Shown: positions 20,828 through 30,156 of the stretch, piece by piece
How the letters are laid out: every line of letters starts with the position of its first letter
Numbering within the stretch: position 1 is the stretch's first letter
DNA from: an uncultured Algimonas sp.
GTDB taxonomy: Bacteria; Pseudomonadota; Alphaproteobacteria; Caulobacterales; Maricaulaceae
Direction: 5' to 3'
Assembly (NCBI GenBank): GCA_964438555.1
Contig: CAYTLJ010000003.1
Span: 6,621-52,032 of the forward strand
Length of the DNA stretch: 45,412 nucleotides
Notes under the pieces: generated by a model
The model's input: the letters and a program-made list of their open reading frames with translations, nothing else
Database searches by the model: none
Told to the model about the DNA's origin: nothing
Program-made: the position numbers and the translations under genes

Positions 20828-21529
20828 TCAGCCCAAAATCTCGTCCACCCAGTCTGGGACAAGCTGTGTCGCGGGACCCAGTCGACTTTCATGGAAAATA
20901 GCGGATCCTTCTGAAGGCTCAAGATTTAGCTCTAACGTCTTTGCGCCTGTTGATTTGGCAAATTGAACAAAGCCTGCGGCCGGATAGACGGCACCTGAGG
21001 TTCCGATTGAAACAAAGAGATCACAGGCGTGTACCGCTGTCTCAATTGTGTTCATGGCATATGGCATTTCGCCAAACCAAACAATATCTGGACGTGGGGC
21101 TCCTTCCGATCCGCAAGACGGACAAATGGAGGAAACAGATAAATCATCTTTATTTTCCCAACGATGACCACAAGACGCACAAAGCGCAGAGAGCAATTGC
21201 CCATGCATATGTATGACATGGGGTGATCCACCGCGTTCATGGAGGTCATCCACATTTTGCGTCACCAAAGTCACCTCGCCGTCAAATTCTGATTGCAACC
21301 GACCAATCGCTTTATGCGCTGCATTTGCCTCAACTGTTTTTAAGGCCTCCCGCCTGAGATTATAAAATCGGTGAACGAGGGCGGGATCTGCTGCAAAGCC
21401 CTCAGGGGTTGCGACTTGTGAGATTGGATGATTTTCCCACAGGCCGCCCGCATCCCGAAAGGTATCAATGCCACTTTCTGCCGAAATTCCTGCTCCCGTA
21501 AGGATGACGATATGTTTTGGATGTGCCAT
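20828..21529 (-). CDS. cobB: NAD-dependent protein deacylase (class III sirtuin)
   Basis: LTGAGISAESG, FYNLRR (YxxR), TQNVDDLHE, HMHG, CxxC...CxxC, RPDIVWFGE, GTSG.VYPAA. Confidence 0.93.
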   Translation of the reverse strand: MAHPKHIVILTGAGISAESGIDTFRDAGGLWENHPISQVATPEGFAADPALVHRFYNLRREALKTVEANAAHKAIGRLQSEFDGEVTLVTQNVDDLHERGGSPHVIHMHGQLLSALCASCGHRWENKDDLSVSSICPSCGSEGAPRPDIVWFGEMPYAMNTIETAVHACDLFVSIGTSGAVYPAAGFVQFAKSTGAKTLELNLEPSEGSAIFHESRLGPATQLVPDWVDEILG

Positions 21530-21538
21530 AAGCCCCTT

Positions 21539-22015
21539 ATGCCATCAATTCTCTTTGTTTGTCTCGGTAATATTTGCAGGTCCCCTACAGCGGAAGCTGT
21601 CTTTCGGTCGCGCGCGTCTCAGGCCGGTTATAAAGATAAAATTGTAATTGATAGTGCAGGAACCGGAGCCTGGCATGCGGGTGAGCCGCCTGATCCAAGA
21701 AGCCGTGCGGAAGGTGAAAGACGCGGATATAGTTTTGCTGGGCAGGCTGCGCGAAAGGTCCGCCTCGATGATTTCATGGAATTTGACTATATTCTAGCGA
21801 TGGACCGCTCAAATCTAATCGGTCTAAACTCGATTGCGCCTGGCAATATGCGCGCCAAACTTTCACTTTTCCTACCCGATGGCAAAGATGTCCCTGACCC
21901 TTATTATGGGGGGCCGGACGGGTTTCGAAATGTTGTTGACCTTATCGAAAATGCCGCAGATCACTGGCTGCGTATATTGCAAGACGAGGTGGACACAAGG
22001 GACGGGAAAGCCTAA
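21539..22015 (+). CDS. Low-molecular-weight protein tyrosine phosphatase
   Basis: ILFVCLGNICRSP (CX5R), DSAGT..WH.G.PPD, ILAMD, VPDPYYG. Start moved to MPSILF at 21539. Confidence 0.93.
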   Translation: MPSILFVCLGNICRSPTAEAVFRSRASQAGYKDKIVIDSAGTGAWHAGEPPDPRSRAEGERRGYSFAGQAARKVRLDDFMEFDYILAMDRSNLIGLNSIAPGNMRAKLSLFLPDGKDVPDPYYGGPDGFRNVVDLIENAADHWLRILQDEVDTRDGKA

Positions 22016-22053
22016 TCGGTAGGCTGAATGTTTTCGAGATAAGGTCACGATTC

Positions 22054-23031
22054 ATGACACCCAATTCAAAACTTGTTACGGTTTTCGGTGCTTCCGGTTT
22101 TCTGGGCCGCTATGTGATCCGTGCCATGGTGGCCAAAGGCTGGCGTGTTAGAGCTGCTGTCAGAAATCCCCATGTCGTACCGGAACTCAAAGTCATTGGA
22201 AATGTTGGCCAAGTCCAATTGGTTCAAGCCAATTTAAGGTTTCCAAATTCTGTTGCGCAAGCCATTGAAGGTGCAGATGCCGTGATTAACTTGGTTGGCA
22301 TCTTATATGAATCCGGTCGACAATCCTTTGAAGCCCTTCATGCGGATGGACCAGATCTTATTGCTTCAACATGTGCTGAGGCCGGGATTGCCAATCTCGT
22401 GCATGTTTCGTCGATTGGTGCAGATATTGGCTCGGATAGTGACTATGCCCGCACAAAAGCTGATGGTGAAAAACGTCTCTTGGAACATGTGCCGTCCGCC
22501 GATATTCATCGTCCCTCTTTGATCTTTGGCGTAGAGGATGAGTTTTTCAATCGATTTGCGTCCCTATCTGCTTTCGCGCCAGCTCTTCCCTTATTTGGTG
22601 GCGGCCAAACAAAATTCCAACCTGTTTATGTCGAAGACGTCGCCAAAGCTGTCGCTGAGAGTGCGGTTCGCGGTACAACGGGTCAAATTTACGAATTAGG
22701 TGGCCCGCGAAGCTATAGCTTTAAAGAACTTTTGAAATTCATGCTGGGCGTAATTGACAAGAAACGTCTCTTGCTTCCCATGCCGTGGTTTGCAGCAAAT
22801 ATTATGGGTGTCATGGGAGAACTTTCCGGTGCCCTGCCCTTTGTCAAACCTTTCCTAACTCGCGATCAAGTCAAAAGTCTGAAGCTTGACAATCTTGTCT
22901 CTGATGACGCGATTGGGTTTGAAGCTTTTGGTATAAAGCCAAAAACAATTGAATCTATTGTACCGGATTACTTGTCAAAATATCGGAAATATGGCGAGTT
23001 TTACGAAAAACGAGACATCGTCGAAGACTAA
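22054..23031 (+). CDS. Complex I NDUFA9-family NAD(P)-binding protein
   Basis: VTVFGASGFLGRY, G.VGQV, VINLVGIL.E, YARTK..GE, RPSLIFG.ED.FFN.FA, FQPVYVEDVA. Confidence 0.9.
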   Translation: MTPNSKLVTVFGASGFLGRYVIRAMVAKGWRVRAAVRNPHVVPELKVIGNVGQVQLVQANLRFPNSVAQAIEGADAVINLVGILYESGRQSFEALHADGPDLIASTCAEAGIANLVHVSSIGADIGSDSDYARTKADGEKRLLEHVPSADIHRPSLIFGVEDEFFNRFASLSAFAPALPLFGGGQTKFQPVYVEDVAKAVAESAVRGTTGQIYELGGPRSYSFKELLKFMLGVIDKKRLLLPMPWFAANIMGVMGELSGALPFVKPFLTRDQVKSLKLDNLVSDDAIGFEAFGIKPKTIESIVPDYLSKYRKYGEFYEKRDIVED

Positions 23032-23057
23032 ATTTTTAAAATGGGTTGAACAAAATC

Positions 23058-23933
23058 ATGATTAAACCACTTAAGACAATTCTTACCCTTTCTGTCGCCT
23101 CCCTATTATTTGTTGGATGTTCAGATAGTGGTTCATCATCGCCAGCGGCGCAATTTGACTCGACTGCCTTAGAAACTGTTTTAACAAGTCAGGAAGATGA
23201 AGCAAAAGCCCGCTATAAATATCGCAATCCGCATGACACGTTAGAGTTTTTTGGCATTACGCCTGGTATGTCAGTTGCCGAAGCATTGCCCGGCGGCGGA
23301 TGGTACTCAAAGATTCTTATCCCATATCTCGGAAAAGACGGACACCTTTTGGGCGTCGATTATGCCATGGAAATGTGGAGCGAGTTTAGTTTCGCGACAC
23401 CCGAATTTATTGAAACGAAAGCCAACTGGCCAGAAGAGTGGACGGCAAATGCGCGTGAGTGGGTTGAGGGCGGCGCGCCTGTTTCAGCCATTACATTTTC
23501 TGGCGACGGGGCGCCTAAAGCGGAGTTAGACGCCATTCTTTTCATTCGCGCCCTTCATAATTTTAACCGTTTTGAGAACGAAGGTGGCTATATGACAGAC
23601 GCCGTCTCTCTCGCCCATGATATGCTAAAATCGGGTGGTATTGTTGGCGTCGTACAACACCGCGCGCCAGAAAGCGCTAGTGATGACTGGGCCAATGGTT
23701 CAAAGGGCTATCTGAAACAAAGCCATGTTATCCGTATTTTCGAAACAGCCGGTTTTGAATTGGTCAATTCGTCAGAAATAAATGCCAATCCAAAAGATGT
23801 GCCAGGTAAAGATGATATTGTTTGGCGTCTCCCACCCTCGCTTAGCGGCGCCAAAGATGATGAGGCCCTAAAAGCCGAACGCGAAGCCATTGGTGAAAGT
23901 GATCGGATGACCCTCAAATTTCGAAAACCATAA
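23058..23933 (+). CDS. Predicted class I SAM-dependent methyltransferase with a lipoprotein signal
   Basis: Lipobox-like FVGC; R..YRNP..TL.FFG, EALPGGGWYS, LK.GG..GVVQHR, SEINANPKD, IGESDRMTLKF.K. Confidence 0.82.
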   Translation: MIKPLKTILTLSVASLLFVGCSDSGSSSPAAQFDSTALETVLTSQEDEAKARYKYRNPHDTLEFFGITPGMSVAEALPGGGWYSKILIPYLGKDGHLLGVDYAMEMWSEFSFATPEFIETKANWPEEWTANAREWVEGGAPVSAITFSGDGAPKAELDAILFIRALHNFNRFENEGGYMTDAVSLAHDMLKSGGIVGVVQHRAPESASDDWANGSKGYLKQSHVIRIFETAGFELVNSSEINANPKDVPGKDDIVWRLPPSLSGAKDDEALKAEREAIGESDRMTLKFRKP

Positions 23934-23984
23934 CGCTAGGTTTAAGAATTTCAGGCTTTCGTCGACGTTCAATTTAAAACAATC

Positions 23985-24016
23985 AAAAGCCCCCCTGATC
24001 ACTCAAGGGAGCTTTT
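23985..24016 (-). terminator. Intrinsic terminator between convergent genes; pairs best on the minus (T1SS) strand
   Basis: Minus strand AAAAGCTCCCTTGA-GTGA-TCAGGGGGGCTTTT, with two G-U pairs. Confidence 0.7.
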
Positions 24017-24035
24017 ATTTTGTCTCTGATCAAAT

Positions 24036-25361
24036 TTATTGGAAGGCTTTAACCGAATGGTCCGCAAGCGGCTTGGTTAGGTAGCTAAACAATGTGCGGC
24101 TTTCCGTTTTGATCATCGCTGTAACCGGCATACCGGCTAAAATATCGGCACTGCCCAATTCCGCGATTTCATCCGCCTCAATCGAAATTGTCACTTCAAA
24201 AAATGGAAGACCTGTCTGCTCATTTAAGGACATATCAGCACCAATATGGCTGACCGAGCCTGTGATTTCGGGTGTCTTATTGACGTCAAATACGTCAAAC
24301 CGCAATCTTACAGATTGGCCAATAAAGACTTGATCAATATCCGTTGGTCTAACCTTCGCAGATAAGACAACTTCTTGGTCCTGTGGCACGATCTTCATAA
24401 CCGTTTCGCCAGGTCGGATAACACCGCCCTCATTAAACACAGTGAGTTCATGCACCTTACCAGAAACAGGAGCCTGAATAACATGACGGTTTAATTGATC
24501 TTGTAGACGGTCATAGCCTTGGTTGGCCTCCAGCAATTCCGCCTCTGTAGCCTCAACCTGGCTCAATATATCACGTTCAGACGTCGTAACAAATTGGCTG
24601 AGTTCATTTCGGCCATTGATCAAATTAGATTCCAATCTAACACGCGACACATTTAAAGAATCGAGCTGGCTTTGTGCCGTAACAAGTCCGCGACGCAGAT
24701 CCAACTCTCGTGCTTTAGGAACAAGTTGATCTTCTACAAGCGGTAAAATATCGCTGATTTGCTGTTCGATCAAACGAGCTTGTTGAGAGGTCGTCTGGAT
24801 TTGGGACTCGAGCGCCGTAATTTCTGATTGCAGCGAGCTAATTCGCTCATTGAGTTTTTGTTGTGTCGCCAAGAAAGATCCGCGTTCTGCTTCAAATAAT
24901 TGTTTCTGTGTCGTCACAATTTGATTGGCCGCAGGGTCACGCCTCGTATCTTCGGGTAGGTAATAGGAAAACGGCTCATCAGGCGTAAGGTTAGCCTTTA
25001 GTCTTGCGAGTTTCGCACCGAGTTCAACCCGACGAAATTTGAGCACGTTGAACTCAGATTTAACCGCCTGATTATTTAAAAGAACAAGCCATTGCCCCTC
25101 AGACACAACATCGCCGTCTTTGACCAATAGGCTATTGATAATCCCGCCCTCACGATGTTGGACAAGTTTATTCTCACCTTCGGGAATAACTGTCGCCGGT
25201 GAAATGACGGCGCCTTCAAGATTAATCATGAAGATAGACGCGAAGAGTAATCCACCAAAAGCAGCTGAGGTCAACAATCCTCTAAAGGCAATTTTCTGAA
25301 GCCTTTTGGAAAAGACGTCTTTTGACGCAGGCTTATTGGGGTTTTGGAAATCAGGACGCAT
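24036..25361 (-). CDS. HlyD/PrtE-family type I secretion membrane fusion protein
   Basis: N-terminal TM, VQHREGGII..LLVKDGD.V..GQ, long coiled coil, I.APVSG.V, GGVI.PGE, DIDQV..GQ, GMPV...I.T..RT..SYL.KP. Confidence 0.93.
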   Translation of the reverse strand: MRPDFQNPNKPASKDVFSKRLQKIAFRGLLTSAAFGGLLFASIFMINLEGAVISPATVIPEGENKLVQHREGGIINSLLVKDGDVVSEGQWLVLLNNQAVKSEFNVLKFRRVELGAKLARLKANLTPDEPFSYYLPEDTRRDPAANQIVTTQKQLFEAERGSFLATQQKLNERISSLQSEITALESQIQTTSQQARLIEQQISDILPLVEDQLVPKARELDLRRGLVTAQSQLDSLNVSRVRLESNLINGRNELSQFVTTSERDILSQVEATEAELLEANQGYDRLQDQLNRHVIQAPVSGKVHELTVFNEGGVIRPGETVMKIVPQDQEVVLSAKVRPTDIDQVFIGQSVRLRFDVFDVNKTPEITGSVSHIGADMSLNEQTGLPFFEVTISIEADEIAELGSADILAGMPVTAMIKTESRTLFSYLTKPLADHSVKAFQ

Positions 25362-27306
25362 TGTGTGTCACCCCTTCAGGATTTAAATAGGGATTTGGCG
25401 GTGCATTAAAACGCAGCGCCGTCGTTGCGAGTGCCGCCTGATCAGGTTGAACGGGCGTCGATTGAATAGGCGCATATTCAGTTTTACCTGGTTGAGGCGG
25501 AAGCTCCGGAAGATCTGGTTTTTGAGTTGACGGCTTCGCCTTTTCTACCTTCATCTGCTCAAGGGTTTTCTCCAAAACGGGCGTACGGTTTGAGGGTTGC
25601 GCACGTTTAACGGGTTTGTCCGTCTTCGCCTTATTTGACCCCATTAATTTTTCGGCAACGGCCTTAGCAGGTCCAAATAATCCAAGTGTTCCATTTTTAA
25701 TGACACATAATTTTGTAGCATGTTTCAAAATCTTCTTACGGTGCGCGACGATAATAACGATCTTACCCGCATCTTTGAGATTTTTGACCGCTTCTAATAG
25801 AGCTGTTTCACCTGCATCATCGAGATTTGAATTCGGCTCATCCAAGACAATGACGAATGGGTTTCCAAATAAGGCCCGTGCGAGGTTTATTCTTTGGCGT
25901 TGCCCGGCAGACAAAGAAATTCCAGTTGGCCCGACAGGCGTATTATATCCCTGTGGCAAGCCCAAAATCATCTCATGAGCACAGGCCGTCATGGCAGCAT
26001 GGATCACCGTGTTTTCATCAAAATTTTCCAAAAATCCGGCGATGTTTTCTGCAACTGTGCCGTCAAATAGCTGACAATCTTGCGCCATATACCCGATAGC
26101 AGCGCCTAATTGATCCTGACGCCAGTCCGGATAATCGGCACCGTCCAAAGCGACAGAGCCGTTTTGAACCATCCAAGCACCAGACAAAGCTTTAGCAAGA
26201 GATGATTTACCGCTTCCGCTTGGGCCAACGACCCCTAGAACGTCTCCAGACTTAAGCGCGAATTTGACATTTTTTAAGACAGGTTGTTTTGCGCCAGGTG
26301 GCACGAGATAGCCAATTTCAGTTTCAAGCTTTTCAGATGGTACTGGCAAAGAAATTTTATGATCTTCTATATCCGCAGAAATCCAAGTCTTCACACGCGC
26401 CCAAGATTGTCTTGCGCGTGTCAGTAAGGCAAAATTCGCCAAGAGACGTTCAACAGGTGAAATTGTTCGCGTAAAGACGATCGAAGCTGCGATCATCGCG
26501 CCGGGTGAAATATGACCCTTAATAGCAAGGAATCCACCCAGTCCCAAAATCATGGATTGGACAATCATCCGAATTGTTTTCGAAGAGACTGTATATTTTG
26601 CTGACAGAGACGAGAAGTTTAAAGAGTCAATGCGCGCTGTTTTTTCAGACGCCATCCATTTTTGCGCCATATTTTCGCTCATCCCATTTGCGATGACGAG
26701 CTGCGCATGTCTTTGAATATTAGCAAGCCCTTGACGTGAGGCGCTAATACGTTCGCTCTCAGCCTCAACCCGTTTACGAGATATACGCTCTTTTAAAAGG
26801 GCAACGCCAATCAGAAAGACTGTCGCCACCATTGCGGTGACGCCCAGAACCATATGTAAACTGAATATGAAAAACAAAAATACGGGTGTCCACATCACGT
26901 CAAATATAGAGGAATACCCCTTTGATGTGATGAATTGTCTTATCGTTCCTAAGTCTTCTACGGCGTAACGACGTCCAGATTTATGGCTATCTCTCGCATG
27001 GGCGTTTAGGGCCGTTTGAAAGGCTTTGGGGGCATGTTTATCTGCGAAGCTTTCGCCATGTGCACTCAAAAATGCGGTTCTAAGATAATCCAGACATCCC
27101 AAAAATAAATATAAGATAAGCGCAATGATAGATATGCCGACGAGTGTCGGAACTGAGCCACTACTTAAGACCCGATCATAGACTTGCATCATATAAATCG
27201 CGCCAACAAGTCCAAGTAAATTGATCCCGAAAGATAGCATCAATATAAAGCCGGAATGCTTGCCTAGGCTCCAAGGCGAGCGGATATTTTTCACCTTTTT
27301 AGTCAT
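25351..27306 (-). CDS. PrtD/AprD-family type I secretion ABC transporter
   Basis: YMMQVYDRVL.S.S..TL, G.MIAASI, Walker A GPSGSGKS, LSAGQRQR, LDEPNSNLD, AHR. No C39 domain. Pro/Lys-rich C-terminal tail. Confidence 0.93.
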   Translation of the reverse strand: MTKKVKNIRSPWSLGKHSGFILMLSFGINLLGLVGAIYMMQVYDRVLSSGSVPTLVGISIIALILYLFLGCLDYLRTAFLSAHGESFADKHAPKAFQTALNAHARDSHKSGRRYAVEDLGTIRQFITSKGYSSIFDVMWTPVFLFFIFSLHMVLGVTAMVATVFLIGVALLKERISRKRVEAESERISASRQGLANIQRHAQLVIANGMSENMAQKWMASEKTARIDSLNFSSLSAKYTVSSKTIRMIVQSMILGLGGFLAIKGHISPGAMIAASIVFTRTISPVERLLANFALLTRARQSWARVKTWISADIEDHKISLPVPSEKLETEIGYLVPPGAKQPVLKNVKFALKSGDVLGVVGPSGSGKSSLAKALSGAWMVQNGSVALDGADYPDWRQDQLGAAIGYMAQDCQLFDGTVAENIAGFLENFDENTVIHAAMTACAHEMILGLPQGYNTPVGPTGISLSAGQRQRINLARALFGNPFVIVLDEPNSNLDDAGETALLEAVKNLKDAGKIVIIVAHRKKILKHATKLCVIKNGTLGLFGPAKAVAEKLMGSNKAKTDKPVKRAQPSNRTPVLEKTLEQMKVEKAKPSTQKPDLPELPPQPGKTEYAPIQSTPVQPDQAALATTALRFNAPPNPYLNPEGVTHNAS

Positions 27307-27383
27307 CTTATACTTACTCGCAAACGCTTCAAGTTGGAGCAGCTAATACGATACTATGTTTGATATTCGATTTAGAAACATAC

Positions 27384-27399
27384 TTAAGCGGGGCTTAAC
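27384..27399 (+). promoter_or_regulatory. Putative CtrA binding site
   Basis: TTAA-GCGGGGC-TTAAC, a perfect TTAA-N7-TTAAC match, in the divergent T1SS/OMF intergenic region. Confidence 0.65.
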
Positions 27400-27409
27400 A
27401 TTGGGGGGG

Positions 27410-27428
27410 GTGTCAAAAATTTTGACAC
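27410..27428. promoter_or_regulatory. Perfect inverted repeat, probable transcription-factor site
   Basis: GTGTCAAAA-A-TTTTGACAC (9-bp arms), directly after a G8 run at 27403-27410. Confidence 0.55.
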
Positions 27429-27509
27429 ATTATTAACCTTGTGAATTATGCTCAAATTAATATTGATCACCTATGTCTGTGTCAGGTCGAAACTTGAAAA
27501 CACTATGCC

Positions 27510-28916
27510 ATGACAAATCGAGACATCCTAAATCATGGCGCCATTATCGCCCTCACCTCACTTCTTGCTTCATGCGCATCGGTCGATCGAGCGCCTGAGA
27601 CATTACGGCCCGGCGTTACACAAGATTACTATTCGGCGCATGAAACGGACTATCTAACAAGTTTAGCAACTTTGCCGGAAAACGCCTTTAAATCGCAAGA
27701 TGCGCGCTATTGGTGGGAAAATTTTCAAGACCCTCTTCTTAACCGCCTTGTTTATGAATCGCTAAATCGGTCTTTTGATACCAAGCGGGCTCTCGCAAAT
27801 GTCGAGCAAGCCGAAGCTATCTTGCGAGGTGTCAGAGCAGATCTGTTACCAACCGTGGATTTAAATGGGGATTCAGTTCTTTTTGATGTGAGTGACGCCG
27901 ATGTCGGCACGTCTCTGGATCTTGAGTGGAATGTGGATCTCTTTGGACGCACGCGAACAACGGTTCGGCAGGCCCAATCTAATTTGGCAAATAGTCAGGC
28001 TAATGTTCAAGACATTAGGCGGCTTATTTTGGCGCAAGTTAGTCAGGCCTATACATCTTATCGGACAACAGAGGCCAGAATTGCACTTAGCCAAAGCAAT
28101 TTAAAAAGATTGGTTGAAAATAAAAGCCGGATCACTCGACTTGTCGATAATGGCTATAGCTCAAAATTGGATTTAAATCGGGCCGAAACCCAGATCTCGC
28201 AATTGCGCTCCAATATTGTCGACCTCGAAGCTCAAAAAACAGCGACACGAAATGCGATTGCTTTAATCGTTCAAGCCGTTCCTCAGGATTTACAAAGCGT
28301 GCTTTCAGATAGTTCAACGTCTACGCCCTCACTTCCCACACAAATTTCACCGCCGCGCCTTGATTATATTGTCAGACATAGGCCGGATATTAGGGCGTCT
28401 GAATGGGCTTTAGTTGGTGCAACGCAAAGTCGCCAGGCCGCGCAACTTGCGCTCTATCCAGATATTACATTGGGTGGTGATGTATTGAGATTGGGATCTC
28501 TAGGAAATTTGGCAAATTTTGGAAATGTCTCATCCTCTCTATTTGCGAGCATTGTTCAGCCGCTTTTGGGTAGAGGTCGGCTTTTGGCCAATATTGATCA
28601 AGAAAATGCGCAGGTAAAACAAGCTCTGATAAATTATGAAGAGACCGTTTTTGAAGCCGTTCTCGATATAGATACAGCCCTTGAAAATTGGTCAAGACGA
28701 CAAGATCAAGTCAAATTCGATAAACATTCGCTAGAGACTGCGATTGAAGCGCAACAATTGGCCGAGCGCCTATTCTTTGCGGGTGAAACCAATTTTACCG
28801 CCGTAATCGTTGCGGAAAACACACGTCTGGCTGCCGAGGAAACCTATCTCTTGACCCGTCAGGCCGCCTTTGAAAGCTATATTAGCTATTCCGCGGCAAC
28901 GGTTCCAAATTGGTAA
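27510..28916 (+). CDS. Outer-membrane factor lipoprotein (TolC/NodT/OprM family)
   Basis: Lipobox LASC; WW..FQDP.LN.LV, W.VDLFG, RPDI.A.E, YP.ITL.G, Y..TV..A..D. Confidence 0.88.
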   Translation: MTNRDILNHGAIIALTSLLASCASVDRAPETLRPGVTQDYYSAHETDYLTSLATLPENAFKSQDARYWWENFQDPLLNRLVYESLNRSFDTKRALANVEQAEAILRGVRADLLPTVDLNGDSVLFDVSDADVGTSLDLEWNVDLFGRTRTTVRQAQSNLANSQANVQDIRRLILAQVSQAYTSYRTTEARIALSQSNLKRLVENKSRITRLVDNGYSSKLDLNRAETQISQLRSNIVDLEAQKTATRNAIALIVQAVPQDLQSVLSDSSTSTPSLPTQISPPRLDYIVRHRPDIRASEWALVGATQSRQAAQLALYPDITLGGDVLRLGSLGNLANFGNVSSSLFASIVQPLLGRGRLLANIDQENAQVKQALINYEETVFEAVLDIDTALENWSRRQDQVKFDKHSLETAIEAQQLAERLFFAGETNFTAVIVAENTRLAAEETYLLTRQAAFESYISYSAATVPNW

Positions 28917-28925
28917 AATTCACCC

Positions 28926-29420
28926 TTATTCGGCCTCTACGGCTTTATTTGTCATAGCATCTAGCGCACCCGTCATTTTTTCAATAATGGCCGAATGTGT
29001 TTGAATATTATGACGCGTTTCAAGAGACGCAGGCGCTGTATATGTGAGATAGGTCTGACCGTCCGCATCGGTATAAGCGAGCGCTTTTAAAGGCAGGTCT
29101 AAACCCATTTCAGGGTTTTCCTGCATGAGCGGTGTCCCAAGTTTTGGATTGCCAAAAATTATAAGCTCGCTCCCACCAAGAGCTAAATCAACCTTGGCTG
29201 CACCTGCCCCGTGATCAACCCGTGTAAAGACAGTCAGACCTTTTGCGTTCAAGATATTTTCCAACCGATCAATCGTTTCACTGGCAGAATACGGGCTTGG
29301 TTTTTTGATAATCATAGTTTGGTCAATCTCATTTAGGGTTTTAGAATTAGAAGCGGTACAACTCGCTAAGGCAATGACAATTAACACCGGAATGAAAATC
29401 TGTTTCATTTTATTTGACAT
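28926..29420 (-). CDS. DUF302-family lipoprotein
   Basis: Lipobox LASC; GLTVF.RVDH, LIIFGNPK.GTPLMQ, GLDLPLK.L. Confidence 0.85.
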   Translation of the reverse strand: MSNKMKQIFIPVLIVIALASCTASNSKTLNEIDQTMIIKKPSPYSASETIDRLENILNAKGLTVFTRVDHGAGAAKVDLALGGSELIIFGNPKLGTPLMQENPEMGLDLPLKALAYTDADGQTYLTYTAPASLETRHNIQTHSAIIEKMTGALDAMTNKAVEAE

Positions 29421-29510
29421 GGGTCAGTCCCCGCATTGCACTTTTGTTTGCGCTTAAATCCTTAAGACCTATTCGGTCGGGTAACAACGGGATCAAGCAT
29501 GAATATTGAC

Positions 29511-30149
29511 CTAGTCCAGTTTTGCACGCGCAAATTCACTGAGGAGTTCAGCATAACCCTCACTATGACGCCAATAGGGGGTGATTTGGCTGAGAGTCAT
29601 AAAGACACCCTGATCTATCAAACGGCTTTCGGGAGCCGTGCCATAACGCAGCTCATGATATTGCAACCAAAAGGTAAAATGCTGCGCTATTCGGCCAGAC
29701 AAAGCCGCCTTCTCGCCTTCGTCAAATCGTAAATGTCCACCATCTTCGAGCGTTGAAAGAAGCGCAAAGGCTGTGCGTTCTTTAAGGCCTAATATGCGGG
29801 AAAATGGGCCCCGCAAATGGGGCATACGTTGCAATAATTCGGCTTGGTTTCGGTAGAAAAACCGGAAGTCGAAAATCTCTTCGAATATGATATAGAGATA
29901 AACCCAATTATCTTCGATGGCGAGCGGGTCTTTGAGCGGCGCTGTCAGCACTTGTCTGATTTCTTCGTCAAAATCTTCAAATAAGGCCGCAATAATTTCG
30001 TCTTTGCCCTTATAATGATAATAGAGATTTCCCGGTGAAATGCCCATAACAGAGGCAATATCAACTGATGAGACCTGCGCTTCCCCTTCATTATTAAAAA
30101 GCTGAAGCGCGGTCGCGAGAATTTTTATCTTTGTGGCGGAACGGGCCAC
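29511..30149 (-). CDS. phaD: TetR-family regulator, PhaD-like
   Basis: TK.KIL.TAL.LFN.EG, IA..MGISPGNLYYHY.GK, W.YL.IIFE....RFFYR. Last gene of the pha cluster. Confidence 0.8.
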   Translation of the reverse strand: MARSATKIKILATALQLFNNEGEAQVSSVDIASVMGISPGNLYYHYKGKDEIIAALFEDFDEEIRQVLTAPLKDPLAIEDNWVYLYIIFEEIFDFRFFYRNQAELLQRMPHLRGPFSRILGLKERTAFALLSTLEDGGHLRFDEGEKAALSGRIAQHFTFWLQYHELRYGTAPESRLIDQGVFMTLSQITPYWRHSEGYAELLSEFARAKLD

Positions 30150-30156
30150 AGATCAG

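Noticed and set aside
20828..21529. SIR2 anti-phage NADase (Thoeris/DSR type)
   Set aside because: Typical short Zn-binding CobB with a YxxR motif and no defence partners.
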